A stretch of 63,363 nt of DNA, filler included, from Folioceros fuciformis (lineage: Eukaryota): the NCBI GenBank assembly GCA_049999805.1. It is 11 parts of 11 records of this genome, joined end to end, with 100 filler letters (N's around TTAATTAATTAA, not from the genome) between each part and the next. Parts side by side here need not be neighbours in the genome. Positions count along the whole stretch, not along the records: positions 1 to 2,456 come from JBNGIO010001549.1; positions 2,557 to 9,190 come from JBNGIO010001550.1; positions 9,291 to 14,279 come from JBNGIO010001551.1; 8 more parts are not named here. The stretch is one strand, 5' to 3'. Positions 1 through 10,630 of this stretch are shown piece after piece. The stretch's first letter is position 1. Each line of letters starts with the position of its first letter. The position numbers and the translations under genes were made by a program. The notes under the pieces were generated by a model. It searched no databases. It was not told the DNA's origin and saw only the letters and a list, made by a program, of their open reading frames with translations.

Positions 1-855
1 TCATATCCTGAAAAGTACTTTAAAGTTTGATTATGAGCTGACTGTCTAACAAACTGCAGCCATTGTATTGCACCAGATCGTACATTGTTGGATGGTATGG
101 CGTGCTCGTGTAGTTGCCGGTCTTGGCTGGGCAATTTTGAGCGGACGTACAGTACATATTTTGTCACCGCCGGTTGCGCCTCGCAGCACGTGGCAGACCT
201 TTTAGGCACTGTTCGAAAAAGTTGGCCACATTCTCATTACAGAAGTGTAATATCCATTTATTTCAATACAGACGACCATGTTTTTCGCTTCACCTGTGGA
301 ACGGCGCTTTCACGCAGTACTCACATGACAATTTGAAATAGGATTTTGATGCTGTACATGTCCAGGTTCCTGGTTGTCAGCTGTCAGTGCGACGACGTCG
401 CGTTTCTTGATGCCCAAACCTTCCTTCCGCGCGAAGCGCATGCGGCAATGTCATCTAGGGTAGCGTGAACATGGCCCACCAGAACCTCAGGAGACGGTCC
501 TCGTGGCTGACAGGAAAGAGTGTAAAGGAAGTTGTACCAGGTGCTCGCGCATGATAGGTGCAGATTCCACACACCACCATATTTGACACATCCATAATGC
601 ACAGCACTACTTCTCTCATTCATCCGCAAAGTACACACTGGTCGGCGATCTTCCCTCACCTAGCAAGGGAAAGCATCCACAGACGGCTGCTCCGATCCTC
701 TACTCTCACTGCATGCGTATTCGCTGCCTATAATTTACAGAGAGGCATTCCGAGGAACCTACACGGGGATCAATCGCGCTACACTACAAAAATTAGATAC
801 AGAATGTACGAATAAACTGTTATCGGGCCAGTCACGGCAGTAACCTCCACCACCA

Positions 856-2456
856 TTATTGTCCAGTCTTCTTCACAAACCGCCCCTGGAAGACACGCAC
901 AGGTTACGCCGTGAGTAAACCATCCCAAAACCGGAACAGGGCGCCTACCAGGGGCCTGGAGGGAGGGGTCAGGTTAAGGATGCGAGGATGGATACCTTCA
1001 TGCGAGGCCGTCGCTCCGCATTGATTTTTCGGACTTCGTAACGAATTTTCTTAGAGAAGAGTCGGTTCCGACGCTTTTCCCTATATCTCATGACGCGGGC
1101 CTCTCTCCCACCGCCAGTGCATCCCTCGTCAGGCCCCATGCCGCCGGCTTCCTGCATGCTGGAATCCATGTCTGGCACTATTCCCACTTCGGAGCTAACC
1201 TGCTCACCACAGCACAAAATAAGTCAAACCTAATGACCGAATCCACACAAGCATTTCGACGGTTCAGAAAATGGAAGAAGCAAACGGTGTGTGCACGTAC
1301 CGCAGAGTCGGCGTTGGAATCCTCTGGAACAGTCTGAGGACATCGGCTGTCACTCCAGGACATGCCGCGTTCAGACCAGGCATTGAGGACGTCCTCGTAG
1401 TTGAGTCTGAGGCAAGGTACCGATCGGTTTTTGTCCTTCCTCAGCTCGTCCAGAGTGCAACCTAGAAAGCTACCTAATTCAAGCTTGGGAATCTGTAGTT
1501 GCCCGGACAGGTTAGGTTTGTATTCCTCTTCCTGTTGCTGACGGATTTCCGACTGTTGTTGTCCGTAGTTTTGTTGTACGTGCACATACTCTTGCTGGTC
1601 CTGCGCACAAGTTTGATGTTGTTCGTAGTCTAGTTCAGTCTTGGCTTTTGAGAACTGACGGAAAGGAGATGCCCCTTGGAAAGTGTCAAGGGTACAAGGA
1701 GCCACATCTCCTGCTTCAGAGCCACAACTCCTCAGAGAATGCATTTCGGGGAAGTCCAGGCCGAAACCATCAGGGCCTATATCCAGAATTTCTATCCCAG
1801 AACTGGCAGTGATTTCATTCAGCAACATAGTTCCATCGTCCATGATGTCTCCAGGAATTTCAGCCAAAGTGGAGTCAAGACAAGGTGCGTCGTCAAGCGT
1901 TTCGCACTGTTGTCTGTTCCCGTCTGGTACTAGGAAATCGAGCGCGTCGTCATCGGCAGTTCCATCGTCTGCACCGCCACACGAATAAACAAAAAAAAGA
2001 GGTAAGATGAAACAGAAAATGGGTGTAGAATGAATGTGAAGGGAGGATGGAAAAGTCCAGGCCAGAGAGCCGCTACCATTGATGAGCCAGCTGGAGCAGG
2101 AGAGCACGTCCTGAAAGAAGATGTTGCTCGACATACACACCACGGGCAACTCCTGACAGTCGTCCGGCAAGAAGTTAGGCACCTCATGCGGTGCATCCGC
2201 CTCGGGCAAGGGACTGCAAGGCTCCAGCTTGACTTCCGAGTCATCCTCCACTTTGAGCAAGGCAGTAGGGGACAGGTGCGAGAGATGAGCAAGCGAATGC
2301 GTCCTCCTGCGCCCGCTCCTGGACCGCTTCTTAGAGTACCCCCGCCATGTCCCGTGTCGGTGCCGGCTTGAAGCAGGCTGGGCGGCCGCAGCGGCAGCTG
2401 GCTCCGCTGCCTCCTCCTTCCTTGCGCGTGATGAGGAGTCGGATGAGCGGCGGTCA
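856..2456 (-). CDS. CCT-domain CONSTANS-like transcription factor (COL16/CIA2-type), 5' part missing at contig end
   Basis: CCT motif [46 protein letters not shown] is split by a GT-AG intron at 886-995. [13 protein letters not shown] motif is typical of group III COL/CIA2. Further introns at 1200-1300 and probably 1969-2136. Confidence 0.9.
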
Positions 2457-2556
2457 NNNNNNNNNNNNNNNNNNNNNNNNNNNNNNNNNNNNNNNNNNNN
2501 TTAATTAATTAANNNNNNNNNNNNNNNNNNNNNNNNNNNNNNNNNNNNNNNNNNNN
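2457..2556. other. Artificial contig linker N44-TTAATTAATTAA-N44 (also at 9191, 14280, 16920, 20591, 22735, 26111, 43595, 51542, 53537)
   Basis: Identical 100-nt block occurs ten times; TTAATTAATTAA puts stop codons in all six frames. Confidence 0.98.
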
Positions 2557-4551
2557 GGATCCCCGCCTGCGTTTAAGGAGGACACCAGGCTACTGCTCTA
2601 CTCGCTGTACCAGCAGGCCACCCTCGGGCCGTGCAAGGATCCTAAGCCGAAAGTGTGGAACTTGCTGGAGCAGGCCAAATGGACGAGCTGGCAGCATCTG
2701 AGGGAGACGTCATCCGTCGAGGCCATGCGACTCTTCGTGCGCACGCTGGAGGAGGAGGATGCGGACTGGTATCTCAAGGCGGAGCAGCAGCTGTTAGGGC
2801 CGTCGGATCTCGGTCGCCAATTGGAGCTTCCTCGATCGCTGGTGTCCGACTCCTTTTCCTCATCCGCTACGCAGCAGCAGCGTCGACTAGAGAAAGAATC
2901 AGAAGGCTTCTCCGATGGCCCGGTCTTGGTGGGGAGCCGGTCCGGCGCAAGAATAGCAGGGCAAGGTGTGGATCAGGCGGAACCTGGCTCAGGTCAGCAC
3001 GCCGAGGCGGTGGCTAATGGCAGCGGTTTTTTCACCGGGAGTCCAAGAAAATCGCGTTACAAGAGCGGTGTAGTGGCCGACATTCAGGCGCTGGCAGTTT
3101 TGAATGATTGGATAGCTGTGCCTGTCAGCAGTTACAGGCCACCTGGACGGTATCAGCATGCGGCAGCAGTGGTTGATGACAAGTTGTTTGTGGTAGGTGG
3201 CAATCACAGTGGTCGGTTTCTGAATGACGTCCAGGTGCTGGATCTCAACAATTTGAAATGGACCAAGCTGGATAACAAGCGCTCTACTGCTTCCCTGTCC
3301 TCTTTGGCAGATGCGCAGGACTGGCTGCCACCTTGCGCTGGCCATTCGTTGGTGCGAGACGGTGGCAGGCTCCTCTCTGTGGCTGGCCATTCAAAAAGCA
3401 CGTCAGAAACTGTACTTGTACATTCTTTTGACTTGTTCACGCAGTCGTGGTCGCTACTTCGAGCGTATGGATCGGCTCCCTCCCCCAGGGGCGGTCAGTC
3501 AGTGACCAGAGTGGACTCTACTCTGGTGATGTTCGGAGGAGAGGATTCGAAAAGGAGGTTGCTTAATGACGTGTGCATCCTGGATTTGGAAACAATGACA
3601 TGGGATATGACGGACACCTTGGGAACCCCTCCATCTCCGCGTTCAGGGCACACTGCTGCACTGTGGGCAGATCGCTATCTTCTGGTTTTTGGGGGTAGCT
3701 CCCACTCCAGGTGCTTTAATGACTTACATGTCTTGGATTTGCAGACACTGGAGTGGTCAGAAGCTCAAACTCCAGGGTTTGTTCCAACGGCTCGAGCCGG
3801 GCATGCTGGTCTTGTAGTAGGCGAAAACTGGTATATTATCGGCGGCGGAGACAACAAGTGTGGCATACCCGAGACTGTGGTCCTGAACATGGCTACACTG
3901 GTTTGGTCTCTGGAATCCAAAGTGGAGCCAGCGTCATCGCTGGCCAGCGAAGGACTAAGTGTGGTGGCTGTCTCTGAGGGGGATGCTGTGTTTCTCGTAG
4001 CCTTTGGAGGATACAATGGCCGCTTCTCCAACGACGTTCATGTGCTCAAGACCATACAGCCTGCCAGGGTTAAACCCAAGCTAATCAAATCTCCATCAGC
4101 AGCAGCAGCTGCTGCTTCTGCTGCCTCTGCTGCTAAGAATTTCACCTCGGAGTTGCCTGTCTTCACAGATCCAGTTCCAGCACCCAAGGACACTGTTAAA
4201 CAGCAAGAGCGCGAGGCCACAGCAAAGCAGCTGGCGGGGGAGGATGAGCTTCTGGCAGCTCGAGCAGAGATCAGCAAGTTGAAGAAAGAACTAGCAGACG
4301 CACTAACCGAAGCTGCGGAATACAAGGAGCAGCTCATCTCGGTCCGCTCTGAACTGGCATCGGAGCAAACAAGGTGTTTCAAGCTTGAGGTGGACTTAAG
4401 TCAGGCAATGCGGGCATCGGAAAGTCTGGATGGTGAATTGGAGTTGCTACGACGCCAAAAGGCTGCTGATGAGGCTGCCGCAGGGCAAGGGAGAGCGCCG
4501 AAGCAGACAGGAGGAGTGTGGGGCTGGTTCGGGGGTAGTGAGGAAAGCTGA
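2557..4551 (+). CDS. ACBP4: Acyl-CoA-binding domain + Kelch repeat protein (class IV ACBP), 5' truncated, no introns in the visible part
   Basis: ACB domain LLYSLYQQATLGPC...KWTSW...EAMRLFVRTLEEED; Kelch repeats (RYQHAAAV..VVGG, PRGGQSVT..MFGGED, PRSGHTA..FGG, RAGHAG..IIGGGDN); C-terminal coiled coil ending GGVWGWFGGS. Confidence 0.93.
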   Translation, partial: GSPPAFKEDTRLLLYSLYQQATLGPCKDPKPKVWNLLEQAKWTSWQHLRETSSVEAMRLFVRTLEEEDADWYLKAEQQLLGPSDLGRQLELPRSLVSDSFSSSATQQQRRLEKESEGFSDGPVLVGSRSGARIAGQGVDQAEPGSGQHAEAVANGSGFFTGSPRKSRYKSGVVADIQALAVLNDWIAVPVSSYRPPGRYQHAAAVVDDKLFVVGGNHSGRFLNDVQVLDLNNLKWTKLDNKRSTASLSSLADAQDWLPPCAGHSLVRDGGRLLSVAGHSKSTSETVLVHSFDLFTQSWSLLRAYGSAPSPRGGQSVTRVDSTLVMFGGEDSKRRLLNDVCILDLETMTWDMTDTLGTPPSPRSGHTAALWADRYLLVFGGSSHSRCFNDLHVLDLQTLEWSEAQTPGFVPTARAGHAGLVVGENWYIIGGGDNKCGIPETVVLNMATLVWSLESKVEPASSLASEGLSVVAVSEGDAVFLVAFGGYNGRFSNDVHVLKTIQPARVKPKLIKSPSAAAAAASAASAAKNFTSELPVFTDPVPAPKDTVKQQEREATAKQLAGEDELLAARAEISKLKKELADALTEAAEYKEQLISVRSELASEQTRCFKLEVDLSQAMRASESLDGELELLRRQKAADEAAAGQGRAPKQTGGVWGWFGGSEES

Positions 4552-5265
4552 TCCATGGGAGCTTCTTCACACTTACTCATGAGTGGTCTGTCCTTTGTCC
4601 CTCGAGATCATATTTGTAAATAGAACGAGAAAATCTTTCAGAGGGCAGACATGCACAAATACAGATTTCATCTATTGGTATGTCCCAGCGGCTCCAGGAT
4701 TGTCCAAGGTGGGACATCGAGATCAACTGAACTCTGGAGGCAAAGTTTGCAGACACAGGCTCCGTAGACATTATCTTTGTCTGTGCTGGAACTCCACCTT
4801 TTCTGGAAGTAGGCATTGTAGCTAGAAACTGAGCCATGCAATTGGTGCAGGCTCCTGTGGCACTCCGTATCAAGAAATGCCACGATTCGTATCACTTGGC
4901 CCGCATTCATCTTCGCGGCATTTAAACCATAGGAGGCTTGGTCCAGTGCCATGTATGGATAAGTTTTTTCCAACGCAATTTGGACTTCAACTCGAAGTCC
5001 TTCGTCTGCTCTGCTCAAATTATGTCCAAACGCATGAATGTACATACAGGTACAACGCACGTGCACACCTAGACTCTTGAATTCGGTGATAAGACGCAAA
5101 GCACTGGAAGGTGCACATTGCGACGTTCTCCGAGCCAGGAGAAACCTCACCCGTCAATGAGCTAGCTAGGCAGAAGAATGGAAGAGATGTGTGTTACTTG
5201 GGTGGCGTGTCTCTTGGAGCTGGATTTTGGGTTGGGGCTTCACGCCGTCGGTTCATCGGATCCGT

Positions 5266-8200
5266 ATGCTGCTCATGCTTGCTTGTCGGGTTCTATTTCA
5301 TCCAAACAGGAGAACGGGGTCTCTTCGTGCAAGAGCTCTTCTGGAGCCGACAAAGGGGTGGGATGAGAGGCGCACCTCGGCGGGCCTGACATCGAGGTGC
5401 GAGCTGTTAGGAAATGATGAGGCCTCCACCTCAGCCTGTTCAAGGGAAAGGGAATGTCCGGCTGGGGAAGCTGGGCGGCAGGAGCTTTTGTGGCAACAGT
5501 ATCGCCTGGGCCGAATTCTTGGTTTGGATACCAGACCACATATCAAGAGCACCAGGTCGCCCGATGTCCGGCATATGGAGCCCCAGGGAGAACCCCATTT
5601 AACGTCTGTGGATATCATCCGTATTGGCGGTAGTGAACCCAGATCCAAATGTTTTGACCTCCCCAGACTAAAGTTTGCAGAATATGAAAGGAGCGTCACT
5701 GCAGACACCGTGAGTGAACTATGTCAGCAGGGCGAGCTCACGCAGGCTGTGGAGGCTCTGGGAGTTCTGGTGCAGACGGGATGTCGTGTTTCTCGGTCTC
5801 TCTTTTATGCCGTGCTGAAACATTGTGCTGTTCATCGGCAACTAGTTCTGGGTAGTCGAGTACATGCTTTGACGGTGAAACAGGGTGGTGAGTCGGATAC
5901 ATTCTTATGCAACCACATCCTGCGTATGTATGCCTCTCATGCCAGGTTGGAAGATGCCATGAATGTGTTCGCGGGTGTTGCTGAACCAGATGTATTCATG
6001 TGGTCTTCCATAATTTCTGCCCATCTCAAACAGGGACAAGCCAAGCAAGCTATACAACTGTACAACCAGATGTGCAGTTCCAGTGTTAAGCCAGATAGCC
6101 ACGTGTTTGTAGCAGCGCTGCAGGCTTGTGCGACGGCGACGGACTTGAGAGCTGGGCAGCAGGTCCATGCGGATATGTTGGGCAGTGGGGTGGAGCTTGG
6201 TTTGGTAGTTTTCAACAGCCTGGTGGACATGTATGCGAAGTGTGGCAGCTTGGCAGACGCTCAAAGGGTGTTCGATGGACTGGATCAAAAAGATGTGGTG
6301 ACATGGACGGCTCTGATATCAGGATATGCTCAGCAGGGCTTGGCTCGGCAAGCCCTTCAACTGTGTAGAGCTATGCAAGAAGAGGGCGCCGCGGAACCTG
6401 ATCCTGTCGCATTTGTGTCTCTCCTGCATGTCTGTGCACTTGTGGGCACCCCAGCTTTGGAGACTGGAAAGCAGCTCCATGCACAGATCAAAGAACGATG
6501 CTTTCAGGCTCATGTGGCTGTAGGTGGCGGCCTGGTGAACATGTATGCAAAGTGTGGGAGTTTGGAAGACGCCCAACACGTGTTTGACAGACTCCAGCAA
6601 AAGAATGCGATGACATGGACCGCCCTGATAACAGGGTATGCTAAGTGTGGCAAGCTAAATGCAGCACAGAGCTTGTTTGACATGCTTCCTCAAAAAGATG
6701 TGGTGATGTGGAATGCCATGATAGCAGGGTATTCCCAGCAGGGCAGGGGGCAGGAAGCCCTGCACCTTTTTGGGGCCATGCAAGAAGAAGGCATGAGTGC
6801 ACCTGATTCTGTAACATTTGTCTGCCTTCTGCAAGCGTGTGCAACCGTTGGCACACTTGCTTTGGAGAAGGGGAAGCAGCTTCATGCAGAAATTAGAAAA
6901 CGACAGCTCCAAGCTGATGTGTCAGTAGCCAGCAGTTTGGTAAACATGTATGCAAAGTGCGGGAGCGTAGAGGAGGCTCGTGGTCTGTTTGACAGACTTG
7001 GTGCAAACAGTACAAAGAATGTCGTGACATGGAATGCCATGATAGCAGGATATTCCCAGCAGGGAATGGCACAGGAAGCTCTCGATCTGTACAGGTCGAT
7101 GGAAGCAGATAACGCTGTGGCACCCAATTCTGTTACATTTGTGTGCCTCCTGCAAGCCTGTGCAACGTTGGGCACGACTGCTTTGGGTGAGGGGGAGCAG
7201 GTTCATGCTCAAATTACGGATAGAGGACTTGAAGCTGATACGTTTGTAGCCAGCAGCTTGATAAATATGTATGCAAAGTGTGGCAGGATCCAGAAGGCAC
7301 AGGGTGTGTTTGACAGACTAGGTCAGAAAAATGTGGTGACATGGACTGCTCTGATAGCAGCATATTCCGAGCAACGCATGGGTCAGGAAGCCCTCCGTCT
7401 CTACAGTGCTATGTGTGCAGCAGGCATGGTTGCTCCCAATTCTGTGACTTTTGTCTGCCTCCTACAGGCATGTGCGGATGTGGCAGCTTTGCATCTGGGA
7501 AGGCAGCTTCATGCGCAAATCAAAGAACAAAGGCTTGAGGCTGATCCGCTGGTGGCCATCGGTTTGATAAACATGTACGGGAAGTCAGGAAGCATGGTTG
7601 ACGCACAGCAGGTGTTTGATCAAATACCCAATAGGATGGACGCGGCTTGGAATTCACTGATTGCAGGCTACACCCGTCAAGGCGACTGTGAAGCAGTTTT
7701 TAACTTGTTTCACAAAATGCAAGATGCCGGCGTACAGCCCGCCAGCATCACTTTTCTCAGTCTACTAACAGCATGTAGTCACGCGGGTCTAGTGGACAAG
7801 GGGCGAGAGCACTTTGAGGCTATGAGGCGATACTACAGCATCACTCCCACGGTGGAGCACTATGCGTGCATGGTAGATCTTCTGGGTCGCGCAGGATATC
7901 TGGATGAGTCACTAGCTTTGGCAAGGACTATGCCTGTACTGCCTACTGCTGCAGTTTGGCACACTCTCCTGGGCAGTTGTCGAAAGTGGGGCAACGTGGA
8001 GGTGGGATGTCATGCCTTTCATGAAGCGTTGAAGCTAGACAGCAAGGATGCCGTAGCGTACGTGTTGATGTCCAACATATACAGGGGAGCCCAGATGTGG
8101 AAGGAGGCACGGGAGATGCAGATGAGGAGAATAGGCATTGGGGCATGGAAGCAACCAGGCCAGAGCTGGTGGACGGACATGGACGGTCTGGTGCATATTT

Positions 8201-8352
8201 TTCTCGTTGGGGATGCAAAGCACCGCGAGAGTGAAGGTATACATGCAAGGCTGAAGAGCCTTTTTGCCGAAATGAAGGGGAACAAGACTCTGCCTCATGT
8301 GGACTCGTCCTTGGGACCCATTGCTGCACAGAGGAACATATCTACAATCTAG
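5266..8352 (+). CDS. PLS-class pentatricopeptide repeat protein with E/E+ extension (organellar RNA-editing specificity factor), no complete DYW domain
   Basis: Repeating P (VVTWTALISGY), L and S (NSLVDMYAKCGSL) motifs; P2-L2-S2-E1-E2 (ACSHAGLVDKG, HYACMVDLLGRAG); PG box KQPGQSWWTD. First in-frame ATG at 5266 is followed by a transit-peptide-like sequence. Confidence 0.95.
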   Translation: MLLMLACRVLFHPNRRTGSLRARALLEPTKGWDERRTSAGLTSRCELLGNDEASTSACSRERECPAGEAGRQELLWQQYRLGRILGLDTRPHIKSTRSPDVRHMEPQGEPHLTSVDIIRIGGSEPRSKCFDLPRLKFAEYERSVTADTVSELCQQGELTQAVEALGVLVQTGCRVSRSLFYAVLKHCAVHRQLVLGSRVHALTVKQGGESDTFLCNHILRMYASHARLEDAMNVFAGVAEPDVFMWSSIISAHLKQGQAKQAIQLYNQMCSSSVKPDSHVFVAALQACATATDLRAGQQVHADMLGSGVELGLVVFNSLVDMYAKCGSLADAQRVFDGLDQKDVVTWTALISGYAQQGLARQALQLCRAMQEEGAAEPDPVAFVSLLHVCALVGTPALETGKQLHAQIKERCFQAHVAVGGGLVNMYAKCGSLEDAQHVFDRLQQKNAMTWTALITGYAKCGKLNAAQSLFDMLPQKDVVMWNAMIAGYSQQGRGQEALHLFGAMQEEGMSAPDSVTFVCLLQACATVGTLALEKGKQLHAEIRKRQLQADVSVASSLVNMYAKCGSVEEARGLFDRLGANSTKNVVTWNAMIAGYSQQGMAQEALDLYRSMEADNAVAPNSVTFVCLLQACATLGTTALGEGEQVHAQITDRGLEADTFVASSLINMYAKCGRIQKAQGVFDRLGQKNVVTWTALIAAYSEQRMGQEALRLYSAMCAAGMVAPNSVTFVCLLQACADVAALHLGRQLHAQIKEQRLEADPLVAIGLINMYGKSGSMVDAQQVFDQIPNRMDAAWNSLIAGYTRQGDCEAVFNLFHKMQDAGVQPASITFLSLLTACSHAGLVDKGREHFEAMRRYYSITPTVEHYACMVDLLGRAGYLDESLALARTMPVLPTAAVWHTLLGSCRKWGNVEVGCHAFHEALKLDSKDAVAYVLMSNIYRGAQMWKEAREMQMRRIGIGAWKQPGQSWWTDMDGLVHIFLVGDAKHRESEGIHARLKSLFAEMKGNKTLPHVDSSLGPIAAQRNISTI

Positions 8353-8681
8353 ATACGCTGGCCTCTGATTCTGATAAAAAAGAAAGTGTTCTTCTCATTC
8401 TGGGGGCTTTGTCAGCCCTCCACGATTTTGTAACAGGCCCGACTTCCACCACATATTCTAGACAGCAAATGGAGCACAGATCTTGATCTGCATGACACAA
8501 GATTGCACACGTCCGCCGTCAGCCGAGCCCCTCGTCATATGTGCATGTCGCTTGCCCTTTGCTTCTCAACTGGAAGCCCATCCTTGCTAACTGTTTGCTA
8601 ACTGGAGGCCCCTCCTCGCGCAACGGCCGCACCTGTTGGGACTGTCGTTCCAAGACGAAGGATTGAAGCTGTGCTCGTGCC

Positions 8682-8717
8682 TATTACTGTTATTGTTATT
8701 ATTATTGTTATTATTGT
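8682..8717. repeat. (TTA/TTG)n microsatellite
   Basis: tattactgttattgttattattattgttattattgt. Confidence 0.7.
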
Positions 8718-9290
8718 GATTTTGTAACTAATGTACAATTACCCAATAACTAAGGAAATATGCTACAACATACCTTACAACCAATATATTCTACAAATTC
8801 CCTAAAATGGATATCAATACTACCATATTACACTACAAAAATACTTCAACACTTGGAGTCAGTGTTGCAACTGATTCACATACAAGTGAATTGTATTTCC
8901 AATTTCTGCCCCCTGCAAGATATCAGGTAATCAAGTTTAAGTTTAATAAAAATTATAAAATTAATATATATATATATATATGAATAAAAAAATCTATTCA
9001 AATGAAGTGAGCATGGCATCTACTTGTGTCGTAAGGAACCGATGATCTTGATTGTATGTCCTACAAAATTGGATAAATAATAACTCAATCAAAACCTAAA
9101 TTTTATCATTTCAAGAGAGCTAGAAAATAACTCTTAAATAATGGTCATGAACCATTGAATCCAAAGAGAGTATTTAGAGTGACAAAAATTNNNNNNNNNN
9201 NNNNNNNNNNNNNNNNNNNNNNNNNNNNNNNNNNTTAATTAATTAANNNNNNNNNNNNNNNNNNNNNNNNNNNNNNNNNNNNNNNNNNNN

Positions 9291-9782
9291 TTCCTGAACG
9301 CCTGATCCTCATCGTTCTGGAGATCGGCAAGGGACACTTCGAAAACCCTCCCCTTCAACCCATCGGAAGCAATCTGCAGAAGCGCCCCAGCACTTCTCCC
9401 GTCAGACCACACTCTCAAACATGTCCTCCCACACGCCCCACAAGCCACACCCCACTCACCTTAGTTCCCTGAGTCCGAGTCACCAGAGTTTTTCCGACAG
9501 CCCTCTGCGTGAAGGCAGACGGCGCCTTGATATCGTACCAATCCTTCTTCGAGAAGGGATCAACACTGCAAACAGAACCCCTTCAGCTCCTGCTCCAGCA
9601 ACCCAATCCATCCACGCCAAGTCACCATGAACCTAAATGCATCATGACCTAAATCCTTGCATTCTGCACCAGCGGAAACGGCGACTGCTGTGAAGCAGAA
9701 ACAATCCAACACAGGTCACTCACATTTTTTTCTTGCCTCCCTTTTTGCCCTTGGAGATCCGCTTGTTCTTCCCGACTGCCAT
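9291..9782 (-). CDS. RPS3A: 40S ribosomal protein S3a (eS1), N-terminal exons; runs off contig
   Basis: [19 protein letters not shown] / [33 protein letters not shown] / [27 protein letters not shown], with two GT-AG introns. Confidence 0.95.
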
Positions 9783-9880
9783 GTTGCTGGCCTCCGGAGA
9801 GGGAGAAGACGATGACCGTCAAGGTAAGTCGACGAAAACAGACACTGGTTGCAAAAGGACCAGCTTTAGCCGCAGTGTCA

Positions 9881-10016
9881 GTATATATAGCCTCCAGTAC
9901 CCTCAGTCCCATTTTAGGGTTTTGGAAACCCACTGGTTTCTATTCCTCGATCACCAGTTTCTGGGCTCTTGATAGGCTGCTAGGCCCTTGATAGGCGGCT
10001 AGGCCCTTGATAGGGC
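9881..10016 (-). promoter_or_regulatory. RPS3a promoter: TATA box, telo-box and site II elements
   Basis: TATATATA at 9882-9889; AAACCCTAA on minus strand at 9914-9922; TGGGCT and two AGGCCC within a 19-bp tandem unit (gctaggcccttgataggc). This combination is typical of plant ribosomal protein promoters. Confidence 0.7.
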
Positions 10017-10232
10017 GTCCTTCCACGGAAGCTCCTGAGTAGGTGCTGGTTCCCACGGCATAATATGCCTTTCTCCTGAAAGGACTAACTGCCCAGACCG
10101 GCTGCACCCAGTCGCCCTGGTCCACATTGCACTGCCGTGTGCCAGTTTGGACTGTGGTGCAGCATCCAGCTGCGGAATGCGGGGTGCCGATGTTCCCGCC
10201 TTGCGCTTGTGAGCCTACGTCTGCCTGGATGG

Positions 10233-10630
10233 ATGAAGATGCAGGGTGCGCGCGGGAGATTGCTGTCTAATTTCGAGACGCTGGATCTGCTGCGATGCTG
10301 GGGTGTGGATGAGGGACCGCTCAGCTCGGTGCACACCTCGGAGCTCCAGGTTTGCGTAAGGTTACTGGACGAGAGAGCTTGATCGAGGACGCGTCTCTGA
10401 TTCAGCTTGCCGCGGCGGAGAAGCTGCAGCTTTTGAATTGCAGGCCATGTCGCGAGGTGGAGGTGCACCGTGTCATCGAGGATTGCGACGAGAGGCTTTC
10501 CGGCGACGACGTTGAGACTTTTCTGCCACTGGAGAGCGAACCTTACCCTCGCATCTGGCATCCGACGTCGATACGGAAGAAGACTGCGGAGCAGAAGCCT
10601 GGAGGTGGAGGGGAGGACTTGGCGCAGTAG
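10233..10630 (+). pseudogene. RPC9: RNA polymerase III subunit RPC9/C17-like (Rpb4 family), frameshifted or spliced with a 56-nt intron
   Basis: MKMQGARGRLLSNFETLDLL...SELQV in one frame, then LAAAEKLQLLNCRPCREVEVHRVIEDCDERL in another; both resemble plant RPC9. Confidence 0.65.

Noticed and set aside
2501..2512. Recurrent TTAATTAATTAA palindrome as a biological motif
   Set aside because: Always embedded in identical N runs; it is an assembly linker.
4577..5150. Short ORFs between ACBP4 and the PPR gene
   Set aside because: No recognisable family, non-ATG starts; probably UTR or promoter.
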